DNA from: Rhynchopus sp. YZ270_cl-10
Taxonomy: Eukaryota
Reading direction: 5' to 3'
Assembly: GCA_964035575.1 (NCBI GenBank)
Contig: OZ037841.1
Coordinates: forward strand, 1,116,001-1,180,000
Length of the DNA stretch: 64,000 nucleotides
The translations under genes were made by a program, and so were the position numbers. Of this stretch, positions 9,754 to 19,822 are shown in pieces. The notes beneath the pieces were generated by a model. The model worked only from the letters and a program-made list of their open reading frames with translations, was not told where the DNA came from and searched no databases. Numbering within the stretch: the stretch's first letter is position 1; each line of letters begins with the position of its first letter.

Positions 9754-10622
9754 ATATTAACCTTTTCCCCATGCAATATGATTAGAAACCAAGAAAAAAA
9801 AGCAAGCCAACGTTAGATCTCGGACAACAAGCATTTTCCTCTGAAAAAAAATTTCCCACTTTGCGCCAACAGAAATTTGCCTATCTATTTGGCTGCGTTC
9901 CACGAACAACACTCATTGTCTAAAACAGAGATCAGTTGACGGTTACTTTTGTTTAGTTCTTCTTCGTAGAAGAAAGAGAGAGAGAGACATTCACTGTTTC
10001 TCCTCTTCCCCCCCTGAAGGTGACACAACCTTCCTCAAAAGCTGTTGTATGCGCCAGAATAGGTACATCCATCAGTTTTTTTTCCCCCTTCCATTTTTCC
10101 GATTTTTTGCGTGAGAAAGAAAGACCGTATCCCCCCCTTCGCCCCTCTTTCTTTTACTGTGCTTTTTCTCTTTTATCTTTTTTGCGTCATAGATGTGTGC
10201 CCTCACTCGTTACAGGGATTTTGCCGTTATATTGGTTTGTTATGAGGTGACGATGTTACGTCTTTCTAAGATGTGCTCTGTGAGGCCTCATTCATCTTCA
10301 AAGGTTTGTTTTTCTGGCGAAAAAAAAGCAAAACGTTTCGTGATTTTTTTTGTACAAATTTGGTGACCAACCGTTAGGTATAGTAACCACCACCAGATTT
10401 CATTTTAGGTGCACCGTGCTCTCGTAAGCGCATCTATCAAAACGTTATTTTTTTCCCACCTCTTTCAATTTTTCAAACAAAACAACAACATACAAACGTA
10501 TACGAGATCCCCTCCACCTCCTCCACCCGTTTTTGGTTTCACCAACACTAGGGGGTCTCTCTGTTGTGTCTGATAAGACATCCATTCCACCTTCATAGAA
10601 CAACACACACGAAGCCTTTACC

Positions 10623-11012
10623 ATGAGCAGTCATGACGACGACGACTTCGAACCAGAAGGTGCCTGGAAGCTTCCTGCCATTGCTGCGATGGTGCCGTTC
10701 TGTATGTTTCTGTTTGGCCATCAGAAGGGGCTGACTGTGAAGGCGGTGGAGGTGACATACAAATACCTTGGCCCTGTAGGGTTGTTGGGATTGCCCGTAA
10801 GCACACTGTCTATGGAGAAATGTGTCTATGATACAGTCAACAGCTACCAAGGCAAAGACCCAAACGAGCGTCCCAAGGGCATCGGTGAGGGCTTCCCCTC
10901 AGGAGGCTGCAACCTTCCTTCCTTCTCTCTTATCCCCATCAACCAGAACGGTGCCTTCTACCGCCCACCTAAGCCTTCTGCAGCTGCCTCCCATACTGCT
11001 AGCTCTGCGTAG
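10623..11012 (+). CDS. Small hypothetical protein with hydrophobic segment(s)
   Basis: 129-aa ATG ORF with coding-like composition, preceded by a CA-rich leader and followed by a G-rich tract like neighbouring genes. Confidence 0.65.
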   Translation: MSSHDDDDFEPEGAWKLPAIAAMVPFCMFLFGHQKGLTVKAVEVTYKYLGPVGLLGLPVSTLSMEKCVYDTVNSYQGKDPNERPKGIGEGFPSGGCNLPSFSLIPINQNGAFYRPPKPSAAASHTASSA

Positions 11013-11494
11013 TGTGGTTGCCAGGGGTTGTGGAATGCAAGGAGGAGGAGGAGGAGGAGGAGGAGGGGGTGTGATCGGAGGGTGTATGCAGGGTAATATG
11101 TGTGTTGTGTGTTGTGTGTTGGGGTGTTGTATATCATCCTCGGGTGGCGCAGTGTGCCCCCAGTCTCATAGTGAAGTCTCAGGATAGGAACAGTATTGGT
11201 AGGTTATGGGGGGGTGGTGGTGGGGTTTATGTGGCGAGAGTGGCGGCAGCGGGCGGTCCACGCAAATCAATCAAAAGGCAACCCCGCGTGTCTGATGTGT
11301 GTTGCGTCGCTCCTATGGAAAAGGTGCCCAGAAAGAAAGAAAATGTACTGATATGTTTATTGGTATCTGTCCCCTAAACCCTCGCTTTTTTTTTGAGCAG
11401 CCAAAAAAGGGTAGGATTCAGAGAAAAATGCGTTGTGTTCACCTCTCCCCACCACCCAACCTCCCGCAGAGCTCTATTCACACAACCCCTTACT

Positions 11495-12625
11495 ATGGCA
11501 GCAGTATTGCTGATGGCGTCCGTGCTCACTGGCATGGGGATGCATGTCACGTGGAACACCACGTTGGACCAGATGGGTACGCTCTCACACAATCGCGTAT
11601 GGCGTGTCCACGTTGCTGGCGAAGTCACGCTCATAGCTATGCAGTTGGAGAACAAGAGGATTAATGTGACGAAGCTGAACACTTCAACGGGTGCGATGCT
11701 TAGCTCTGTTGTTGGGTTGGGGGATATTGCGTACAGACAGACGGAGTTTGTTGTTTCGGGACAGTACTTTGCAATGATGAACCTTTATTACGAAGTCTGT
11801 GTGTATGAGGTGAGTACCTTGGGTCCGGTGTTGGCCGTATGGGTGGGGCCAAACGTTTCTAGTATTTTCGCCTTAAAGGGCGACACCCTCATCTATAGGG
11901 ATACCGAGTGGAATGACCACCTGACCGCACGCTCCACGAAGACCGGCGCGAAGCTGTGGACCGCAAGCAGCAATGGATCTATACAACAAATTCTCATTGG
12001 CGACACCCTTGTCGCAATGTGCAACGGGCTTCGCACCAGTGTCTTCCACGTGGACACCGGTGTGCTCGCATACGACACGCCATCTATGGCCTACGGCGTG
12101 GGCCGGACCTCCCCATATGGTCATATCTTCGATGCCGCCAACAACCTGGTCGCCATGAATGCAGACGTCGCTGCGTACGTCTTCTCACCCCACGGCAGGA
12201 TACTGGCTAACTACAGCAGAAGCCCTGAAATAGATATACGCAATGCCAACATTCTTCCTGACTCGAGCCTCATCGTGACGATTCAAACCTCCTCCACGAA
12301 GGGGATTCTACGTCTGGACAAGACTGGGGAGCAGATGGTGTGGAATTATAACACCACCATCACCGATGACAGCCCGGGAGTTCTGCACCTTATGCCCGAG
12401 AGGGGCCAGCTTGCGGTGGTGTCGTTCCCGTCAGGATTGCTTGAAGTGCTTTCGCTTGAGACAGGCAAACGTATCGGACTAGTAGCACCGCCACCACCGT
12501 TTGACTACCGCCGGTATGGTGAGCTTGCGGACGACGGTGAAGGGAACATCATCTTCGGAACCTCGGGCTTCACCGCAACTGGCAAGGAAGTCATCTCCGT
12601 CGCGTCTGCAAAGCTTCCCTGGTAA
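11495..12625 (+). CDS. Secreted beta-propeller (PQQ/BamB-like) protein
   Basis: Likely start MAAVLLMASVLTG (signal-like). Blade motifs TSTGAML, KTGAKLW, DTGVLAY, KTGEQMVW, ETGKRI. Confidence 0.7.
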   Translation: MAAVLLMASVLTGMGMHVTWNTTLDQMGTLSHNRVWRVHVAGEVTLIAMQLENKRINVTKLNTSTGAMLSSVVGLGDIAYRQTEFVVSGQYFAMMNLYYEVCVYEVSTLGPVLAVWVGPNVSSIFALKGDTLIYRDTEWNDHLTARSTKTGAKLWTASSNGSIQQILIGDTLVAMCNGLRTSVFHVDTGVLAYDTPSMAYGVGRTSPYGHIFDAANNLVAMNADVAAYVFSPHGRILANYSRSPEIDIRNANILPDSSLIVTIQTSSTKGILRLDKTGEQMVWNYNTTITDDSPGVLHLMPERGQLAVVSFPSGLLEVLSLETGKRIGLVAPPPPFDYRRYGELADDGEGNIIFGTSGFTATGKEVISVASAKLPW

Positions 12626-13506
12626 GGCTTTCGAGCGCATCCTCTGCACCAACGAAGCTTCGAAAAATAAACACCGGTTCGCTCATCTAGTCAGCAGACG
12701 CATAATTTGTTTGAAACACCCCCGAACTGCGTCAACACCCGCCATTTGTTTTTATTTTGTTTCTGTGAAAATTGTGGCTGCTATCCTGTGATAGTAGTCT
12801 TACAGCAAATATTTTTGATTTCAAAAACAAGAATGTATATGAAATAATTGATTACACTTCTGCCTACTATCACTGAGGGATGTGTTCCGTGCAAAGCAAG
12901 GTGTATTGCCGCTTGTAAGTGCTCTTTCTAATATGCATGTTTTTAGTAGTTTTTTTTTTTTTTTTTTTTTTTGATTCTCTTTTATATGATTCGGGATGAC
13001 CAGATGAATCTTTTTAACGGCCCTTTGCGGTTGGAGAACCTGCGGAGGGTCCCTTCAATCAGCCTGCTTCCACAGCGTCGTTGACGCTTCCAATGTCCAT
13101 TTCCCCCTGTCTCCCTCCAACGTGTAGTCGCCAGACACATTCATTCTTCGACATTTCTTTATCGTTTCCCCTCTATTATTTACGATTGTGTATTATGTGT
13201 ACGCAGGACACAATCATCAACTTTTCCTTTTGCAGCTGAACAAAAACAAAATGCTTTGTTTGGCGGCGGGGATACCATAAAACCAGAGCAAAAACAGAGC
13301 GAACCCCCTACTTTTTTAATCCCCCCCATTCCCTGGACAGTGCTATGTGATGCATTTCCAACTACCTGACAGGACAGTCCGTAGATTTGGACCAGGGACG
13401 GCTTCCTCACACTTTGATGCGTTTCCGAAGTGTGAAGTGTGAAATGGGTTGTTCCACCCACCTACACCTACACACTCCAGGGCGAATCAGCATCCAACCC
13501 CCCAAT

Positions 13507-15180
13507 ATGTCCGACAATAGAGGTGTGTACCGATGGACGGCCCTTGCGGCAGGTGCGTGCGCTGTGTCAGGTGTGGCACGCTGTTGCTGGAACATGCGCA
13601 AAGCGGCACCTACAACAACACCAGCACCGACACCAACCCCCACCCCCGCGCAACAGGCGCAAGCTGCGCAGGCAGAAGCTTTGTACGAAGCGACGCTTCG
13701 GGTCAACGATTTGTACCTCAAGGCGAAGCTTGCTGTTGACACAGTGCACAGCGACCAACTAAAGAAGGCGCTTGGTTCGGGTTCCCCACAGCCTGCACGG
13801 AGTCCTGCGCTGAGCGCGGCAAGCGAAGGCACCGTGCCACGCTCTCCTGAGGTGTCGCCAGCGCGTTTGCCGCCTTCAGAAGATGAGGTGCAGGAGGCGA
13901 TGCAAGAGAGAATCAGAGGAGTCGCGGAGCGTGCCTTCTGGGATGTGCTGAGGGAGGAGTTGTCTGCGGTGCCTCCACAGCAGGCACGTGTCCCTGGGGT
14001 GCTTGGGGGTCTGCAGGAACAGTTGATATCGATGACACCAAAGTCGCAACAGGCAGCTCTGTCCTCGGAGCTGCAGGGCATTGCGTGGGACGACCTGGTG
14101 ACAGGCATCTTCATGAAAGACACTTTGCGGAAGGTGTTGGGCTTCTTTATGGATAAGGTGGCAGCGCTGGAGGCAGAGGCAGCGAACGCCTCTACCGTGC
14201 TGCGTGTGAAGGAGGTGCAGGACCGCATCGACGCAGAAGAAGGGACAACGTGTTCTGCCGGGGGTGTGGTCTCGGTGCTGACGTTTGCTCGGGATGAAAT
14301 GACGGCGCTTGAGAAGTCGATTGCGGCAGCACGCAAAAAGCTCTTTGCACCTCTCCTTGCACGCGAGGCAGGTCTGCACCTCAGCAACCTGCACGGCGAA
14401 GAGTTGGCACAGAAGCTGCACTCCTTCAGCACCACGAGAGACCTGCTTCACAAAACCATGCTTCTCATGCTCGACAAAACCCCCGGCACAGCGGCACTGC
14501 CACTGACCTGCCTCTCTGCAGAGGATGTGCGTGCACGGCACAGTGTGTTGTACAATTCTGTAGCCCGGGAGGCGATCTTGCGTCTTGTTTTCTTCCCCCT
14601 TGAGGCACAGATGTCGCTTCCTGAGAGTCTTGCTGTGCAGAAGGAGCACCTCCGGAACTGCTGCGATCTGGTGCAAAAGGCGACTGTCACTGCAGCGCTT
14701 GCGACTGTCTGCGGTATGGTGACGCAACGTGACGGTGCTGTTGCGGCTGTTGCTTCCTCCATTGTCGATGCGCTTAGTGAACCTGGTGCGACTGTTGCTA
14801 GCGTTGCGACTGAGACCGTTGCGCACGTTGATGCCTATTTGATAAGAGAAGGGCGGGCACCTTTGGCAGAGTCGCAATGTAGTCTGCTGAAGGGGATGGT
14901 TGTGAACGTGGCGAAGCCGGACGACAAGCTGTATGCCACATACCACGCACGTCTTGTCTCTGTTGCCGCTCCCATCATGCTCTCGGGCCTGCCCGAAGGC
15001 CACACTACCATCGCCTCTGCACTCCACGGCACGCCCTTCGCACACATCGCACCCCTAGTCGGCCAGCTCGTGGTGCACACGAGGGTGCTCATGGGATGCA
15101 ACGTGGCGTGGTACAGAAGCATCGTGTACGACGCTATGCTGAACGACATCGCCTCCACCCTCGACCTCGAAGGAATCTGA
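13507..15180 (+). CDS. T-complex protein 11 (Tcp11/SOK1) domain protein
   Basis: Signature ERAFWDVLREELS..PP and LPESL motif. Helical protein with an N-terminal hydrophobic segment. First plausible ATG at 13507. Confidence 0.72.
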   Translation: MSDNRGVYRWTALAAGACAVSGVARCCWNMRKAAPTTTPAPTPTPTPAQQAQAAQAEALYEATLRVNDLYLKAKLAVDTVHSDQLKKALGSGSPQPARSPALSAASEGTVPRSPEVSPARLPPSEDEVQEAMQERIRGVAERAFWDVLREELSAVPPQQARVPGVLGGLQEQLISMTPKSQQAALSSELQGIAWDDLVTGIFMKDTLRKVLGFFMDKVAALEAEAANASTVLRVKEVQDRIDAEEGTTCSAGGVVSVLTFARDEMTALEKSIAAARKKLFAPLLAREAGLHLSNLHGEELAQKLHSFSTTRDLLHKTMLLMLDKTPGTAALPLTCLSAEDVRARHSVLYNSVAREAILRLVFFPLEAQMSLPESLAVQKEHLRNCCDLVQKATVTAALATVCGMVTQRDGAVAAVASSIVDALSEPGATVASVATETVAHVDAYLIREGRAPLAESQCSLLKGMVVNVAKPDDKLYATYHARLVSVAAPIMLSGLPEGHTTIASALHGTPFAHIAPLVGQLVVHTRVLMGCNVAWYRSIVYDAMLNDIASTLDLEGI

Positions 15181-16187
15181 GAGCGAATGTATGCGCACAA
15201 TGTGTACGGCACAGCACAGCAGATGCGTATTCGTCTTCTCAAGATTTCTTTTTTTTCTCTTTTCTTGCTGTTTTGATTGATTCCCCCCGCTATCCTGAAA
15301 GGATAGCGTACAGGGCAAAGGTGAGGGAATGGGAGAACCAAGAAGCAAGGATGTGCTGTACGAATAAAAGGGCCATGCATAATGACAAGCTAGCTCCCAC
15401 TGGTCCCGTGCAAAAAACCAGGGTCAACTAGAGCTTCCCACAATTTAAAATGACGATTTCGTCGTAGGGGGTTTTTTTTGCCCATTTTCTCGCACATTTC
15501 CTACACCCATTCCCAAACCTCCCCTTTTTATGAATAAGCAAGGCTTAGCTTCATCCTACCTACCTTTTCTTTCGCGCCTCTGCATCCGTTGAGGTGTCTG
15601 CGCGAACGACTAACATCCCTTTTTTATACCCATCACGAAGGCTTGCCGTCTTCGAAGGAAAAAGGCCACAGAAGGCTCCAGGTTCGGCATTGAGCCGGCC
15701 GCTAACATACGTACACATACATACCACCTTAGTTTAAGTAACCACCACCCCTCCCTTCTCACCCACCGTCTTCCTGTTGAGTGTTGTTTTGTTATAAAGT
15801 GCGAATTTCAAGGAAGCGTCCCGCATCTCAAACCAGACCCGGGTCAAAACTCTCCCCCTCTCCCCTCTCCCCGCCCCAAATGAAAGAGAACCAAAAGCCC
15901 TCCCCTCCCCTCCCCCTCCCAGCTTTGAAATTCTCATGGGGCAAGCAAAAAAAACAAAAAATGGACTGAAAAAATAAAGTACTCTGCCCCGGTATTTCGT
16001 AGCTCTTTCAAGACGTGTATTTTATATCACTTTCCCCTCTCAAAAAAAAATCCCGCTTTTCTTAAGTTCTCTTGGTGTTGACACCAAAATGCTTTCACAA
16101 ACTTCTACTTATTGCTCAAACAACCCCTACACATAATCTAGTACACAGAACACATCTTATACCCCAACTTTGGCTCCGGAAAGTAAA

Positions 16188-17336
16188 ATGGAACTTTTGT
16201 CGGACGTTATTGAAGTGGTTTCTACCTTCATGTCATACAGTGAGATTCAGTGTGTTTTGCGACATGTGTCCCATACCTGGCGTAGCGCGCTTGACAGCCA
16301 CACCTCTCGTTTGGGAGAACCCTTCCTGCGTGCGCTCTTTGGCAGTGCTGTGCACACCGAAGCTGCGTCTGCATATTGGATGAACAGACTGCACACCATC
16401 TCGCCTGCTGCACCACCGCACTTCGAGGTCACCCTCTCACACCCACTCCACTCCGAAGCTGTCGAAGCACTGTATCTCTCGGATGACGTGCTTTTTGTGG
16501 GAGGACGTCATGGACTGCTTGCAAAGGTAGTGTTGCAGGGTGACACGCCTAGTGTCACCTCGTATGGGGGAGCCGCCAGCGTGTGGGCGGTGGATTACTG
16601 GAGGGCAGAGGGGCTGTTGATTGCTGGCGATGCAGACGCACAGTGCAGTGTCTATGATGAGGCGGGTGTTGTGCAGAGGGTTGCTGCAGACGACGCTGTG
16701 TTTGTTGCGGAGGTGCTTCGCGGGACGGAAACGCTTGTAGTGGGTACCTGGGGAGGGGGGCTTGCGTTGCATAGCTACGTAGGTTCGGGGAAGCAGTTTG
16801 AACACAGCGCTGACCTGCAAATTCATGATGACGCGCTGTGGCGGGGTGGGCTGCTTTCTGGGTCACAGTATGAATATGTGACAGCAAGCTGGAGTGGTCA
16901 TTGCGCAGTGTCGGATTTGCGTTCATTGTCTGTTGTGCGGGCGATTGAGTGTGGGTGCAGGAGTGTGGTGGATATGGCGGTGCAGGACGCAAATAGTTTC
17001 TGCTGTCTGACTGACACTGGAGTGCTTTGTGTGTGGGATGTGCGCATGAAGCGTGCTGCCTTCCAATTCAAAGAGTTGTTGCGGCAAGACTGGCGTGCGT
17101 CCTGCCCTGAACCCATGCGTCTATGTGCGACGCCGCAGTTCATCTACACTGCGGGTGAAGAGGTGTGGCGCTACGATATGCGCAAGCCTGTGCCACACAT
17201 AGCCTGCACCCCAGAGCCTGGTGCAAAGGTGATTGCCCTAGAGCACCCTTCCCACCGCGACGCAGCACACAACTACCGCCACAACGTCCTTGCAATGGGA
17301 ACTGCGTCTGGTAACGTGCATATTGCCACGGCATAG
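16188..17336 (+). CDS. F-box-like domain plus WD40-repeat protein
   Basis: N-terminal LLSDVIEVVSTFMSYSEIQCVLRHVSHTWR fits the F-box pattern. WD40-like blades (VTASWSG..AVSDLR, LCVWDVR, VWRYDMR, LAMGTASGNVHI). Confidence 0.75.
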   Translation: MELLSDVIEVVSTFMSYSEIQCVLRHVSHTWRSALDSHTSRLGEPFLRALFGSAVHTEAASAYWMNRLHTISPAAPPHFEVTLSHPLHSEAVEALYLSDDVLFVGGRHGLLAKVVLQGDTPSVTSYGGAASVWAVDYWRAEGLLIAGDADAQCSVYDEAGVVQRVAADDAVFVAEVLRGTETLVVGTWGGGLALHSYVGSGKQFEHSADLQIHDDALWRGGLLSGSQYEYVTASWSGHCAVSDLRSLSVVRAIECGCRSVVDMAVQDANSFCCLTDTGVLCVWDVRMKRAAFQFKELLRQDWRASCPEPMRLCATPQFIYTAGEEVWRYDMRKPVPHIACTPEPGAKVIALEHPSHRDAAHNYRHNVLAMGTASGNVHIATA

Positions 17337-18195
17337 GGGTGAATGTGAGCTAACCACGAGAGGGGCTCGTCTTACTAACGTTCGGTGGAAAGGGGAAGGG
17401 GGAGGGGAGGGTGGGTTGTAGAGCATGTGTACGTATGTGGAGAAGCTGCCCCCTCTTTGCCTTGTAATGTTAGGGTAGGGGTGGGGGTGGGAGTGGGGAG
17501 AATGCAAAGGGGCGAAGTGGTGGTGGTATTGATGTGGGCTGATGGGTTTTGACTGAAAGCAGATGTGGGTTGTGTAGCGCACCGAGGATGTAAGAGGGAT
17601 TCTGATTCATGCTTCATGATTCACACAACTCGTGCCTCTCGTGGTGGGTTTGTATAGGGGCCTTTCGTCCACATGAGCAGGGTTCGTGACGCACGATCTC
17701 GTGACGGGCGTGTGGGGGAAGGGTTCACGGGCGGGGTTCGCTTGCCCTTGATCTGGCCACCCGACCAACGAAAGAGCTGTGGGTGGGGAGGGGAGGGAGG
17801 GATGGGGAGGGGACAGTGCAAACCACACACGAGCTCTGTGTGCCAGTGCCACGTCACGGTTGTGGCCGTGGTGCTTTCGGATCAGTTTTCTGATGCCGTG
17901 GCGGTGCTTCTGGTGGTGTGTGGGTGTACCTGAGACGGTGATGTCTGAAGAGCCCGAGGTGCGATGCTTTCCTCATGATCTTGGATCACCTGGAGCATGC
18001 AATGACCACCACCTGACGGGACAGTCTGGAGGACTTTGACCAGGGGCGGCTTCCTCACGCTTTGATGCGTTTCCGAAGTGTGAAATGAGTTGGGTCAGAT
18101 ATGTATTTGCTCCACCAATCACGATGCAACCCCCTTCCCCTTTGTACCGGCAGCATCCCAACAAACACAGAGCTTTTCTACCCAATACACACAAC

Positions 18196-19822
18196 ATGGA
18201 CATGGACCCCGCCAAGAAGGCACTTGCCGCAAAGGGAGTGGAAGCAAAGTGTCAAGGCCTTGACCGCATGATCTGCGACCGTTTCGACCCCGACACCTTT
18301 GGACCTGTGTGTGCGTTCACGGAGTGGGACCCCTTGGAGGAGGTCATCGTGGGTGTTGCTGATAATGCGTGTGAGCCTGAGGTGGGTGTTGACCCTGTAT
18401 GGCAGTACCTGTTCCACTCGGACGACAAGGAGCTGGCACGTCGGGGGAAGTACCCACTCTCGCTTGTGCAGGAGGGGTGCAAGGAACTGGACAACCTGAC
18501 ACGCGTTCTGAAGAACGAAGGTGTGACTGTGCGTCGTCCTGAGCCCACTGCGTTTGACGAGCCCTTCAGCGCACCTGGTGCCTTCAAGGTGCCGAACGGC
18601 TTCAACGCAACGTGTCCACGTGACATTGTGATGACCCTCGGTAACTCGATCATTGAGGCGCCGATGGGTCTGCGCACACGCTTCTTTGAGTACCACTCCT
18701 ACAGACCTCTGATCCAGGAGTACTTCATGGGTGGGTCGAACTGGGTGACAGCACCAAAGGGTATCATGTCTGACCGTCTGTACGACATGAAGTACCCTGT
18801 GGACGCAAACTCCGTTGAGCGCAAGCAGATGATTGAGCAGCACAAGTACGTGACCACTGAGGAGGAGCCTGTGTGGGACGCAGCAGACCTGATGCGTATG
18901 GGGAAGGACATCTTCTTTCAGCGTTCCTTTGTGAGCAATGCGTTTGGGATTGAGTGGTTCAGACGTACGTTCTCGCCACAGGGCTACCGTGTGCACACGA
19001 TGCACTCAGAGGACACTGTGCCGAAGCACATTGACTGCACGCTTCTGCCCCTGCGCCCAGGTCTGGCGTTGGAGAACCCGACACGGAAGATGGAGGAGCG
19101 CAACATGTTCAAGGAGAACGGCTGGCAGCTGCTCACCTCTGTTGAGCCGACACCGTTCCCCGACAAGTGGACGAAGGCTGTTGTGCGTCCCACGTCGCAC
19201 TGGATTGGTGTGAACATCTTCAGCATTGACGAGCAGCGCATCGTTGCCTGTGAACACGAGAAGACCGTCATCAAGCAGCTTGAGAGCATTGGTGCGAAGG
19301 TCATCCCCGTCCCGTTCACTGCGATGCACTACCTTGGGGGTGCCTTCCACTGCGCCACAACAGACGTGCGCAGGCGTGGTGACAGGAAGTCCTACTTCCC
19401 CACCCTTGATGAGGCTGATGTATGTTCCACTTTATGAGTATTTCTTTTCCATATACCATTGTGAAGTTGAAGTAGTGACGCACGTGTCAAGAGGTAGTTA
19501 AGAGATAAACGGGTTTCTGACCCAAGGTTCTGTGTTCCACACGGGTAAAGAGACCGCGATAAACATAAAGGAAGCTGCGATTTTGAGGTCAAGATAAATC
19601 TTTAGTCTGTTGCATTGTGTTTTTTGTGTGTCAATAGCCAGCTTGCCATTGTCATAGTGCGTGTCTATTAAGCACCTTTGTTCTAACCAGTTATCACTAT
19701 TTATTCAGTCCGTCGCATTTTTGCACCTCTCACATCAACATTTCTATTCACCACCACAGGAAGTACACGAAGAGCGCATCAAGTACAGCGACTACGTGGG
19801 CCACAAACCGCTTGTGCGCTGA
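18196..19822 (+). CDS. Amidinotransferase (glycine amidinotransferase/AGAT family), copy 1; exons 18196-19419 and 19760-19822; 428 aa
   Basis: Motifs EWDPLEEVIVG, CPRD, WDAAD, HIDCT and GGAFHCAT (Asp-His-Cys triad). GTATGT donor and CACAG acceptor. Exon 2 EVHEERIKYSDYVGHKPLVR* is conserved in all three copies. Confidence 0.92.
19420..19759 (+). other. GT-AG intron of amidinotransferase copy 1 (340 nt, phase 0)
   Basis: Identity between copies breaks down just after GTATGTT and resumes near ...CACCACAG. Confidence 0.88.

Noticed and set aside
19420..19437. Different C-termini of the three amidinotransferase ORFs
   Set aside because: Read-through into introns; a shared exon 2 explains them.
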